Below are positions 12,201-25,108 of a DNA stretch of 64,000 bases, piece after piece. This DNA comes from Tubiluchus corallicola (taxonomy: Eukaryota; Animalia; Priapulida), in the NCBI GenBank assembly GCA_030141605.1, contig JAQGDQ010000107.1, positions 124,001-188,000 of the forward strand. The letters run 5' to 3'. Both the position numbers and the translations under genes were made by a program. Below the pieces are notes generated by a model. That model was not told the origin of the DNA, searched no databases, and saw nothing but the letters and a program-made list of their open reading frames with translations. Positions within the stretch are counted from its first letter, which is position 1. Every line of letters begins with the position of its first letter.

Positions 12201-13265
12201 ACTATTGTAAATGTTGGTTACACAGCCTCTTATCCAATTCCAACAAGGACAACAAAAATAACATCCAGATGAGTATTCGGGTCAAGTCTTTCGACCAGAA
12301 ATTCCTGGAACAAGATTTGCATGTGACCGTACGCAATGATGCCAGCTCACCATTATAATGCAAATAGCTACAGGCTTCTTATTGTCCACTGGGTAGATGA
12401 CAGTGGAAGTCTGACACAAATTTTGAACTGATAACGGGTTCTGTATGGGCGCCAGTAATAAATCAATTTACAGGGGTAAAAGAAAAGGTAGCAGACAGTG
12501 CAGTAAATCAAGTTTCGCGTGACTCATTGGCGTGGAATGTTAGGGTTTCGACTATTTTGGATGATGCAAGGCGATAATGTGCGAAATTCTCGTAATCAGC
12601 AACATTACATGATTTGAATTGGACAGAACTCGTATTTGAAAGTCTGGGCATCGTTGACGTTGCTCACCGTGATTCGTGGGAGTATCCATTATAATAAGTT
12701 GCACTGTAAAATAAATATATATTAACATTCTAATTTCTAACACATAATTCTGTTGTAAGCGTACTCTTCCCTATGCAAAGGATATATCGTAAGGCAAATA
12801 GCGAGCGAATCTGTAGAACATTATATAGCTTACACCTTTGTTTGGCTTGCTGAGTTGATGAATATATTCATAGTAAAATTTTAGCCATCCTTTTTGCGAC
12901 GTGAAGCTTAGGAATTAGTTTTATGTACACATTTCTAAAAGACGTTTAGCCTACACAAAAGTAATTTACATTTTTATTTGCAATTTGTGTTACAAGTAAT
13001 GCTTTATATAATCGCTAGGCATACATTCTTTGTTACATTTAAACAGTGTTAGTTAGGGAAAAGATCACTTCTCGAACCTATGCCTTTTCTTAATCACTTC
13101 CTCTTATGTAACAGTAAAAAAACACATATTCCCTACTGTGACGAGGAAGGCAAGTAAATCTACAAAATAACGAAGTTAATTTTTATTACAGACACTTAAA
13201 AACATTTATAGAACTTTAAAAGCAATACAACGGTATTAAAACTTTTACTTTAAATTGCTAAAATC

Positions 13266-13309
13266 ATACCAAACGTTTCGACAAGCTGCTGCTGTCATCA
13301 CCAGTGGTA
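13266..13309 (-). ncRNA. Minimal type I hammerhead ribozyme motif (A6G variant)
   Basis: Minus strand reads uacca-CUGGUGA-u-gacag(cagcagc)uuguc-GAAAC-GUU-uggua. Stem I uacca/uggua, stem II gacag/uuguc, palindromic AACGUU helix III. Confidence 0.7.
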
Positions 13310-13723
13310 ATTTTACAAACATGCAACCAGTTCATATAGGCAGAGTCTATTATGCACTAATTAAGTAGTTAACAAAAGCCAAATAGGTAATGATTAAGCA
13401 GACCTGAAGAAAAGAAATTGATACAGTAACAGATAGTTAAGTGTTTGAAAGTAAAGTTGAAGGAATTGAACTACTTTGTACATTAAGAGAAGACTTATTG
13501 GGGTATTTATTTATAGCTCTGGTCACTCTTTTCTGCAGAGTAACCAAAATGTCTAAGAATGTATTGTACCTGTGCTGTGTACATGCAATATTTTAGCAGC
13601 ACGCACCACGTAAATCATTTTTCTCAATATCACCACGAGAGTTACTGAACTGCTACTTAACAAAAAAACATGAAGGCAGACATAATTAACTAACCAGTTA
13701 TATTTTAATTACATACATTTAAC

Positions 13724-14203
13724 CAGGGCCTATTTCAGGGGGGGGGAGTGGGTTACTTCCCTGGGGCCTCTCCTTCCAGGGGGGCCTCGCGCCGAAGTAA
13801 CATTTTTTTTGCTTTTTGCGAACATACTGTCTCCTCTCTCCCTCTCTCTTGCCGCACGCGCGCCGTTTGCCTTGAGCGGCTCGGTGCGATGTTCAGCTGT
13901 TTTCAATTTCGGAATTTCTAACACCGGCTTGTACGGAAGTGAGAGAGTACGGTATCACATATTGCAAAGATGTTGTTTTTTATTTGACTATTTGACAAGT
14001 ATTAAGGACTGGTCTTGAGAATAAAGCAGTTTTTCTTTCAATTGTTCTTTCCTTTAACAACTGTATAACTTCATATTTTCTCTTCGAAAATACTTCTCCG
14101 GCGTTCTAGCAGTTCAAAAATTTTCTGGGCGCCAACCATGGTGGCGCCCGTCCAACGCCCCCCCCCCCCCCAGGGGGCCTCGCTTAGGCTGAAATAGGCC
14201 CTG
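13724..14203. mobile_element. hAT-type MITE (480 bp), probably recent
   Basis: Perfect 15-bp TIRs cagggcctatttcag / ctgaaataggccctg. Perfect 8-bp TSD catttaac (13716-13723 and 14204-14211). Subterminal ggggcctc repeats. Confidence 0.92.
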
Positions 14204-16039
14204 CATTTAACAACAGTTAACACGAAGACAATCAGTGAACTTTAAATAAACCCGAGAAAGCCCTGTGACGGTAATTAAAGTTCTCACTTGTGAATTTAAC
14301 CAGCATTTAATGACAAAACCAACAACGAGTGGAAAAACAAATGACCCTCGTTCCACGAGCTGTCCATCTCTGTTCACAATGCTATCATATTAAATCTATT
14401 GTTTATTTTCACGCATCCGTAAATTTGCTCAGCTCTTACAGTGTAACCAGATCACCCTCTGTACATATACACCTTAACTGATCATTCTGTTTTAAAATAT
14501 GTTATGTCTGCTATACTGCGAAGCTAGAAAACCAACAGTTGGGCCTGTGAAACCTTTTTTACCTTTGATTTTGGAAAATGGAACTAACGGCGTAGTTCAA
14601 GATCACTTTCTATCTAAAGTAAAAACGTAACAACATCCGGATAAATATATGGAGAGGCGGCACATTGATAAGAAACATAAAATATATTTTTATATATGTC
14701 GTACACAGGAGTTAGACTTAAAGTCAATGCACCAAGTACGATGTCAGTTAAGTAAACTCTTGCGAAGATCGCTTCAATATTGTTGTGCAGTTTGGAAACT
14801 AATGCTGTCCTATTTAAATAAAAAATATTACTTAATTAGAATGCCAAGTACCAATGATAAGCTTATGTTTCGTTGCTTTTTGCAGATAAAATATCTGTGG
14901 GCAAAATTACGTGTAGAAAACACCGTCTTTGCAAAACGCTTGTAACAGTTTATTTTTGCAAAACGCTTGTAACAGTTTATTTTCCTAGTGCTTATAGAGT
15001 GTTTACTGTTTTATTTAGTTCAGAAGTTTTGCTGTTTTTGAGATGAAGTTGACACAAAACAACTTAAAACAGTTTTTGATTTATAACGCACCAAAAAGCT
15101 ATTTCTTTAGCTTGAAAAACATATAAGTAAGAGAAAGCAATATTAATGGTTCAATATAATTAGATAACGACGTGAATTAGTTTATGTAGTTTATGTACGT
15201 TGTACCACGACGTATCGTAAATTACGAAGCTATGCATTGTTTTATTTTATTTTTTGGCCTGTAATTTAAATAGTCAGAACAATTAAGACCTTTCGAAATA
15301 AGTGGTTATTAAATCTATAGTGTATCTAGTTAATTGTGTATTTATTACAAACTTTCTACAGCAGGACGAACATTTTTTATTTTGTGAAACTATTCATTGG
15401 GTAGGAGCGAAATATTTGGTTATTTTTTCATATTTTACGGTTTTTTCTCAACGGATTCACCTCGATTTTACTGATATATGTCAAATTATTCTCTAGCTAT
15501 TCAGCGAGTTTAGCAGCCATTTTCGACGATGCAGAAAATTTCTAATTTTGTATTTTATTGACGCTTCGTAATTTGATACCAGCGAATAATAATGGCACGA
15601 TCGCATACCACCACCGAGCCAGGTCAGTTTAGGTAAAGTTTATCCTGAAATTACTCTTCTCTAATAACAATTCACCACATGATTGTGTTTCATGCAGTTT
15701 AATGTGAAACCCTTCAGTTATATGTGAAATTAATAATATTATGGAACTGATGTAAACTATTATTTAAACAGTTTTGGCTCGCATGCAGATTGTATAAAAT
15801 AGATGAAACCTTTCAAATAATATGAGGCCTGATTACTTGATATTATTGTTTATGATTTATGAAGGTTTTTTGCTTCGTCATAAATATCAGTGGCAGTAAA
15901 TATGACCAACTACATAAAGTACTAAACTGTAAAGTATGCAGGTCTGCAGGATAAATTTTAAAAAATGTGTTTGTCATATGTAACGAACACTGTGTGGAAC
16001 GTGTGCACATTATTGATACTGCTTACTATTCCGTGATGA

Positions 16040-16095
16040 AGAGAGAAAATAAAAGGGAGAGAATGGGGAGAGAGAGAAGGAGACAGAGAGAGAGA

Positions 16096-16171
<76 letters not shown>

Positions 16172-16239
16172 AAAGAGAGAGAGAGACAGAGAGAAAGAGA
16201 GAGAGACAGGAGGGAGTAAGAGAAAGAGAGAAAGAGAGT

Positions 16240-16290
<51 letters not shown>

Positions 16291-16366
16291 GGGAGAGAGA
16301 GGGGAGAGAGAGTGATGAAGAGAGAGAGAGAGAAAGAGAGAGGGGAGAAAGAGAGAGAAAGAAAGA

Positions 16367-16406
<40 letters not shown>
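16040..16406. repeat. (GA)n microsatellite
   Basis: Directly visible; explains the RE-rich ORF. Confidence 0.95.
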
Positions 16407-16409
<3 letters not shown>

Positions 16410-18407
16410 GGCTTCCTTATATAAATAAGTTCTTGTTGCTACGCCTTGGATGCCTCAGTCCTGTTGTGAAGCTTTGGAACTAATCTTAATATATTAAACG
16501 AATATATTATTTTATTTTTAGGAGCATAGTATGAGGTAGCTTGTCCTGGCACGAAAATTAACCTTATCAGAATTGCGCGCTCGATTAAGTTTTTTGTAAT
16601 ACTATATATTGACAACATTATCAGCTAAAAGGTACAAAGGCTTCACTCTAATAACGTAAATTCCTCTGAAAATTTAATAAACTTTGCTGCTATTTTCTTT
16701 CACAACGAACCTGCTAGACTGGCGTTATTTCAAAACAAATACACTATGCAGGTGCGTGAATGTATGAATAATCTCACGACAAAAGATTACACGAACTTTT
16801 TGATTTTCCTGGGGAAAAATTGTTTAGCAAACAAAAGCCTCGGCGCAGTTATAGAACGGAGGCGGTTCACTAACGCAATGCGCTACTCGTAATTTGCTAA
16901 TACCAACATATAGGTAAAGTGCATTTATAATGTACACGCAATGTGGCATGCCTGTACCTGACTACATTATAGATCGTACATTAAATGTATCATCGTCTGA
17001 TGTTTACCAACGTATTAGGTTCCCATCCATGTACAAATAACCCATTTTTCGAAAAATGATACAAAATATGCGCGGAATCACGCCTTCCTCACGCATATTT
17101 TGACCAAAATCCATCTGATTTTTGGACAATGTCCAATTTTAGCCTCTGAACAACTGGACTCCCAGTAGAAATAAATTAGTCACGTTTATTTTTCTTAAAA
17201 ATTTTGAATTTTAAATTTCTTTTGTCTATCTCTGATTTCTTTTTCCTTCTCTCGCTCATTCACTCTTTCCTTTCTCTGTTCTCGATTAAAAGCAGGAGTC
17301 ATTGTACATTACAATGTATATATATATGTGGTACGGCTTAAGGCAGATAAAAAAAACCAAGCAGTACACCACGTGGTCTACACGGTACACTGGTCTAGTA
17401 TGGATTATTTAAGTATGAAGCATGTACTAGGCCAAGACTATACTATACTGAGAAAGTACATTATTTACATACATGTACCACGATGAGTCAGATTGGCGTC
17501 ATAACCTCAAAGTTTTTCAAAGTGAAGCAGCACTCGTTCTGGTTAGTACCTGCTAAGCATTTGAACATCTGACAATTCTGCCGTTTTAGAAATCTTTCCT
17601 TATTTGGATAAAGCTACCCAAGCTTCTTCAGGGATTAAGTAGTAGCCCCAAGACTATAGAGAATAAATTTACTTAGTGATCAATGCTAGGTCAGCATTCC
17701 TCTGTGAACAGTAACAGTTCCGGTTTACTACAGAATGTAATTTTTACCAAATCGTGTTTGCTGCCTTTATTCTGAATGCTGGTCGGCTTGCACGGGCAAA
17801 CGAAAATAAAAAATCCAACATTTTTCTTCACTATTTGTTTCAGCCAAGTATTGTAGATGTAAAATAACGTTTAGTATTTCTGGACACGTAGGGCACGCCA
17901 GAATTGTTCAAAAAGATTTGAAAACTCAGAAGCACATCCAGGAAGTGCTTGATTGCTTTAAGATTGCAATTACTAAAAGGGAAATATGATTAAAGGCGCC
18001 ATGTCTTATGAGGATGGTAACCCATCTTGACAAATAACCTTCTGATATGTAAAAACCATTATACGCCAATAGACTCTGTGCCTTGTTCACGAATTCATGT
18101 GAGAATTGTCACTTATTCTTGCGCGCTTCTGTGGAAGTAAGCCTCTTGTTCGATCTTATCTGTCGCTTGAATAGTTTAATCACAGCAAATTGGGTATGAC
18201 ACGCATCCTATCAACTGGGGATTGTATAATCTCGAGTAATAAAAGATTTAGAATGGTATGGGGAATAGGGACTGACATACGCGACCGTATAATCATCTAT
18301 CGCTATACTGATTTAGTGATGCGTTGATGCCTTTTCCACATTGTTTACCAAACTATAGACAACCGTTAGGTGCAGGAACCACAGAAAAGCAGGGCAGTAG
18401 TAATTGC

Positions 18408-19640
18408 CTAGGTAGGTAGGAAGTTATAGTGGAGCCAGTTTCGTAAGACTTACTCCAAAAGAATTTTAGATCTGTGCTGCCCTAGTGTTAAGTAAGCATG
18501 TGCCTCACTATTGGGTAAGTACGTAGGCACTAGGCAGGTAGGTAAGTGGGTACTAAGTAGTATGTAAGAAGGTAAGCAGGTAGGTAAATACGTAGGTAAG
18601 CAGCTGGTCAGGTATATAGGGGAATAGTAACAAACAGGGAATAGGCAGGCAGGCAGGCATACGAACAATAGGTTGTTAGTTAGGTAGGCAGGTAGGTAGG
18701 TAGGTGGGTAGGAAGGTAGGTTGGTTGGTAGATAGGTAGGTAGGCAGGCAGGTAAGTAGGTAAGAAGGCAGGGCGTAGGTAGGTAAGTAGGATGTACATA
18801 TAGGTAGGCAAAGCAGGTATCTAGGTAGGCAGCTAAGTAGGCAGGTAGGTAAGTGGGTACTAAGTAGTATGTAAGAAGGTAAGCAGGTAGGTAAATACGT
18901 AGGTAAGTAGCTGGTCAGGTATATAGGGGAATAGTACAAACAGGGAATAGGCAGGCAGGCAGGCAGGCATACGAACAATAGGTTGTTAGTTAGGTAGGTA
19001 GGTAGGTGGGTAGGAAGGTAGGTTGGTTGGTAGATAGGTAGGTAGGCAGGCAGGTAAGTAGGTAAGAAGGCAGGGCGTAGGTAGGTAAGTAGGATGTACA
19101 TATAGGTAGGCAAAGCAGGTATCTAGGTAGGCAGCTAAGTAGGCAGGTAGGTAAGTGGGTACTAAGTAGTATGTAAGAAGGTAAGCAGGTAGGTAAATAC
19201 GTAGGTAAGTAGCTGGTCAGGTATATAGGGGAATAGTACAAACAGGGAATAGGCAGGCAGGCAGGCAGGCATACGAACAATAGGTTGTTAGTTAGGTAGG
19301 TAGGTAGGTGGGTAGGAAGGTAGGTTGGTTGGTAGATAGGTAGGTAGGCAGGCAGGTAAGTAGGTAAGAAGGCAGGGCGTAGGTAGGTAAGTAGGATGTA
19401 CATATAGGTAGGCAAAGCAGGTATCTAGGTAGGCAGCTAAGTAGGCAGGTAGGTAGGCATTTAGGTATAGGTAGGTAGGTCAGTCGGTCGGTAGGTAAGT
19501 CGGTAGGAAGGTAGGTAGGTGGGTAAGAAGGCAGAGGGTTGGTAGGTAAGTAGGATGTGCCTATAGGTAGGTAGGCAGGTTGGCAGACTGTGGGTAGGCA
19601 GGAAGTTAGGTGGGTGGCTATGTAGGTAGCTAGACAGCTT
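18408..19640. repeat. (GGTA/GGCA)n-derived tract containing a ~302-bp higher-order tandem repeat (~3 copies)
   Basis: The unit starting taggcaggtaggtaagtgggtactaagtagtatgtaagaagg recurs at ~18531, 18838 and 19140. Confidence 0.92.
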
Positions 19641-20589
19641 CGTATATCTTTCATGATATTACGATTAATGCTTCTGGACGCAGATGAAGTTAAACCTCTT
19701 CGTCTTCATTGTCTTCCTTCAACGCGATTGCCATCTTCTGCCTGCTAATGCCACTCGGCGGTCCATTTGTGTTGTAACATTTTAGCTGCTACTTATAAAA
19801 GCACAATGTCCCTCAAGGGCAAGCACATTACTGTTATTACCACTAAGGGTAAAATATCATTATTCCAATTACTGCTTATTTCACAGAGTTTAAGTTGCAA
19901 ATGTGAAATGATACACGGCAAATTGAAGTGCTGTAAGCAGTTCCTAACAGCCAACCATAACGGCTATTGGTTCAAATGACATGTTGACTGCTGTGTATTT
20001 CTTGGTCCGTTACAGTATACGCTCAGCTCTGTAATATTTTCGGTTGGGGGGGGGGGGTATAACTTTGAAGATAAAGCTGCTGCAAGAGAAGTCAACGCTG
20101 ACACAGTACACAGTACCGTTTTTATTATTTATTATTTATTTATTAGGCACAAGAAATAACTACACGAGTAAAAAGTAAACAGTAAAATTTTATAGCTATA
20201 ATCAATAAGAAGATTACCAATAAAAAGTTAAATGAAGTTTCAATTCAAGTAAAAGAGTTATAAGGGAAAGAAATGAAAGTTTGAAAACACGACAACTTTC
20301 ACTTTAATCACAATTTCAACTTCACATCATAGTTACATAAATAGTTATTATTACTGTTTTACCTATGTTGTTAATTAATGTATCACTGAGTCACTGAGTC
20401 ACGTAATGCGATTTTTATATCGTTACGCGTTTCGTATCAACCCAAGAATATGTTGCGGTGATCGACGCTGTGAATCCAACTATTCAAACTGGCAGGTAAC
20501 ATTACTTATTTGTCAAATCCGTTACGATTGAACTTTCTAACTCTTAGATCATTAGAGGAAAGACGGTTAGATAAAGATTTATACTGTGT

Positions 20590-21038
20590 TATCAAATCAT
20601 ACATAAAGACGTAGATATAGACAGAGATAAATTTTTCTCATTTGCTACATCTAGTCGGACAAGAAGTACCAACTCACTTAAAATGTATGTCAAGCGATCT
20701 GCTAAAAATATTTGGTCATTTTTTTCGATTTGGAGTAGTTTACCAGAAATTGTAAATGATGCACCATTAGCAAAAGCTCGCAATGCAAACTTTTTTTATA
20801 CGGCGACTAAATTATGTCGATCTAAATGCTTTCTTAGTATTTAACAGGCACATGTAAGAAGCATTTGCTTTTCGTGTCTCCCCCACACCGCCCCTCATTA
20901 TCATGCTGCTTTTTGTGTATGTACGTAATTTAATGTGTATAGCATGTTTTTATATGATGTATATGTTTGTATGTATATGTATGTATCTTAATGTATATTG
21001 TTTACTTCTCATTTGGTGTGTAATAAACTTAAACTTAA
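20590..21038 (+). mobile_element. CR1-group LINE 3' fragment
   Basis: Remnant SSRTRSTNSLKMYVKRS..IWSSLPEIV, then a 3' UTR ending aataaacttaaactt. Confidence 0.55.
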
Positions 21039-21044
21039 TTGTAG

Positions 21045-21405
21045 CAACTATCCTAACAGTAAACAAGCTTTTCGTGCGTCGAAGAGCTAAAGTATCATTT
21101 GGTCAATTTTTCTCAAATCGTGTTGTACCGATTTGGAACTCACTGCCTGCATATGTTGATGGTGTACCCCACGTAACTGCATAAAATATTAAGTTATTTA
21201 AAAACCGCCTATATAAAGTTAACTTGCATAAATTCCTTGTACACAACGGACACATGTAAGCAGTTAATATCTTTGTGTCTTTACCACACTCTTGTAAATA
21301 TTTTATTTGTATGTTCTTTGCCAACGTGTTTTATATTATATTGTTTTTATTGTAGACTCTATTTTACTATTGGGTGTGATTAAAATAGAATAAATAAATA
21401 AATAA
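21045..21405 (+). mobile_element. CR1-group LINE 3' fragment
   Basis: KLFVRRRAKVSFGQFFSNRVVPIWNSLPAYV...KLFKNRL is the typical CR1 ORF2 C-terminus (FFSNRVVxxWNxLP). (TAAA)n tail. Confidence 0.75.
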
Positions 21406-21777
21406 GCAGTTTTTCTCTTGATGTTTTCTTCTTTTCTTGCTCCCATGTAGCTTTTCGCTTATGACGTACATTTTGTTCCAGATTGTAAATCCATCTACGC
21501 TGTTATCTATAATCAGTTATAATGCAATCTTGCATTTGTAGATACAACAGATGAGCTATAGGAGCTAATTAAGCACATCATAGAAGCAATGTAGCTAGCT
21601 AATAATTTGCGATCGCGCTAATTAGTTTGATTTATGGTCCAACACAAACACTAGCAGGTGCGCTATGGGAATATTGAGAACATGAGAGAACTGTGACACC
21701 TGAGCACGTTTGGTATAAAATGGAGTTACACATAAGCAATGGCGGGTTTTTATTTACTCACAAATTCCAGAAAATCA

Positions 21778-22001
21778 CAGCAACGGCAACAACAACAGCA
21801 GTAATTGCAAAAAATAACAGGAACAACAACAGCGACAGCGACAATGGTAACGACAATGACAACAACAAGAACGACGACGACAACGACAACGATAGCGACA
21901 GAAACAACAGCAGCAACGATATAACAACAAAAACAATAACAACAACAACGATAAAATAAGACAACAATAGCAGCAACAACAGCGAAAACGGTAGCAGCAG
22001 A

Positions 22002-22032
<31 letters not shown>

Positions 22033-22037
22033 GCAGC
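21778..22037. repeat. (AAC/GAC/AGC)n cryptic microsatellite
   Basis: Directly visible. Confidence 0.9.
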
Positions 22038-23470
22038 CCCTGCTATAAAACTAGCGTTTTTTATGATTTGACAATAGTGCAAGTGTCAAAAGGTGGAATA
22101 TATTTAATTTAGATGGTTGTGGCAAGATCAGAGCCTGATTCATCATCAAGGCTACGCATCTAAGTTGACACACTAAAAAAATTTGCAGAGATATTTTAGC
22201 CACAAGAGGAAAACAACCAATATCGCAAAACTATCCCGAGCAAGTATTGAACCAGGTGATCACCCATCCTTAACTGACCAGCTTCGACTGACCATTCTTA
22301 ATTTTGGTCACTAACAGCTCATTCCGTCCGTGACCACTCGGCTATACATCACACTTGAAAGTGCTAATTTTGTGTCAGCTTTAATGACAAGTTGGGCGGG
22401 TTCTAGGTCATTTGACGCCCTAGCCAAAAGTATTTTTAATCCCCCACACATACGTCATACAACCACTACAAAATTGTGTTTTTGTTGTATATATTAAAGT
22501 ATTAATGGTACTTGTGTGTTGGGCCTATACATTATTGTGTACTGATTAACTGAAGTTAACTACCACTCTACAACTACATTTGAAATTGACATCATTGTAC
22601 GTCCTGGGTCTTCACGAGCAATCAATATTTCTACAATTTCAGCCGCGCAGCCTTCATGTTCATATTCATGGCTAGATTTTCCTTCAGCCTTATCATCAGA
22701 GAACAGTGACTGAGTCTTCTGACTCCTCTTTTTCACATACGTCCATTCCATTAGCATCATCATCTTCACAACCATATAACTCTGGTCTGGTTGTAAATAC
22801 TCTCTTTTAAGATTTTGTTGCTGTTCACTGTCCACCAGCTTCTTTTACTTTTTGTTTCGTGTATTATGCTACTGAAAGCTTCGACTCTTACAAGTCTATC
22901 TGCCACGATTAGATAAATGCTAATGCAAGGAACTTTTCTGTTAAGGAAAGGAGTCGTTACTTTGGCTGCTGCCCTATGCCTACAATATAAACTGTGGACA
23001 AGAACTTGGTAACGTGTCAATCACTATGTTATTGCTTATACTAAACTTAAAAATAAGGAATCACTTCCAGAATTTTGAGCCCCTCCCCTCTAAGAAAATG
23101 GTGCCCTAGGCAACCCGTCTAGTTTGCCTGGTGGTAAAGCCGGTCCTAACGACAAGAATAATTATTGAAATGTTTAAAACAGTAAAGTAAAAAGATTGAA
23201 GAAAATTCGCATTCACATTTGAACATGTCTAAAATATCTCTGCCAATTTAGTGCCTCAACTTAGATGCGTAACCTTGGTGATAAATCAGGCTCTCTTTTT
23301 GCCACAACCATCTAAATTAAATAGATTCTGCCCGTTGACACTTGCACTATTGTCAAATTATAAAAAAACGCTAGTTTCATAGCAAGGGCTGCGGCTGTTG
23401 TCGTTATTGTTGTTTTATCGTTGTTGTTGTTATTTTTGTTGTTACTACCGTTGCTATTGTTGTTGTTGCA
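21905..23470. repeat. Long inverted repeat (arms ~21905-22178 and ~23247-23470)
   Basis: The unique core 22038-22177 (ccctgctataaaactagcgttttttt...ctacgcatctaagttga) is the imperfect reverse complement of 23247-23388. The adjoining microsatellite flanks are also inverted. Confidence 0.85.
22392..23148. mobile_element. hAT-type non-autonomous element (~757 bp), old
   Basis: 8-bp TSD with one mismatch (atgacaag 22384-22391; acgacaag 23149-23156). Degenerate TIRs ttgggcgggttct / aaagccggtccta. gccctag subterminal motifs at both ends. Confidence 0.6.
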
Positions 23471-24834
23471 GTTTGCAGTTTCCTGCTAAAAATATAGTCA
23501 ACCATTGGGACAATGAGCAACTGAGCTGTATATACTTCTAGGCACGTGTAAGTGAAATAAACTGGGAACCATTAAAGTTTTTGCTCCTCTGTGTGTGGGT
23601 GTGCTGTAGACAATCATAGAAATAAAATTATCATTTTTGTGAAGCTCAGACACTTCTGATGCAGATCTCATTTGAATTCAGAGACGCGACCGTATTTTGC
23701 AAAATTTAAAAAACTAACTGAAGAGTCGATACGTCGCTTAACCAAACGTCGATAAAGCAGTCAGTTGTCAATACTCGTCGGTTGTAGTCACACTGCAAGT
23801 TCCGAAACATCCTAAAGTTATCATCATTGTCGTCGTCGTCGTCATCATCATCACTCTCATAATCAATATGCACTGCCATGTGGCACCGCAACTAACACAA
23901 ACATCAACGCCAACAACACCATCATTGCCACTAACGCCCCATGACCTTATTCAGCCACCATTTTTAATTATGCTGTTTAAATTTTTAACACCAACGGCAG
24001 CTAGAATATCAGCTGCATTCAGTACGATTTACTACACGATGTTCACAATATTATAACGCTTTGTTTCACTCTCCTTTCATCAACCCTACACCTGAAGTTT
24101 AATACTTTCATCTGAACGCACTGATTATTTTAAATTACCACACTTGTGTAAAAGATCACGTTTCTGTGACAGACCTGATTGTATGGTAAAGCGAGCGAGT
24201 CATCGTTTAATCATGACACCTGAGGCATGGCAGTGATTAAAAGAATTGTCAGTAGTAGAACTAAAAATCATAATAAAGGTCATTCTCACAGAAGCACAAT
24301 GGGAAAATAATTATACTGCAAGTCTGTAATTTGAGTGAAAGTCAGATTCAAATGTAAAGATGAATGATCATTGTTATCTACGTATAGTGTTAAATGTTGA
24401 CTTCAAGGTTGTTGATGTTGTTGTTGCTGCTGTTGTTGTTATTGCTGCTCTTGTTGTTATTGTTGTCGTTATCGTTTGCACATGCAGCAGCAGTCAACTT
24501 ACCTAAATAATTACTATGGATTTTTTCCTTTTGCCGTTTCTTATCGGTATTTTAGTACTTCAATTTAAACCAAAGGAACTTTTGGTCAAGCAATTCAGCT
24601 AAATGTTCTGGATGAGTGCGTTGGTTTTACCATTATGTTCACACAGTCTTCATTTATAGCCCTATGATTGCTGTTTACTTGGCATAATCTCGCATATAAT
24701 AGTTGTTGCAGATTGGAGATTAATGATCCAACCAAGCTAAGTGACGTTGTAATTGCTGGTATACTACTCGTTATGCTATAAATTATTCACTAAATTGCAC
24801 AGCAAATATTCAGTAAACACTTACTCTCTCCATC

Positions 24835-25108
<274 letters not shown>

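Larger units (their letters stand above)
13200..14470 (-). mobile_element. Decayed Penelope-like element (RT and GIY-YIG C-terminal remnants), interrupted by a hAT MITE
   Basis: Minus-strand peptide remnants TFLDILVT (cf. PLE LPFLDVLV) and KSSLNVQSSSIP (cf. KPSLNxQxxSIPL). Hammerhead-like motif at its 3' end. Boundaries approximate. Confidence 0.6.

Noticed and set aside
15967-16428. RE-rich, SL-rich, poly-L, poly-H and LPTY-repeat ORFs (also 10293, 18450-19654, 24753, 45841, 52743, 60027-60717, 63281)
   Set aside because: These are translations of simple-sequence repeats.
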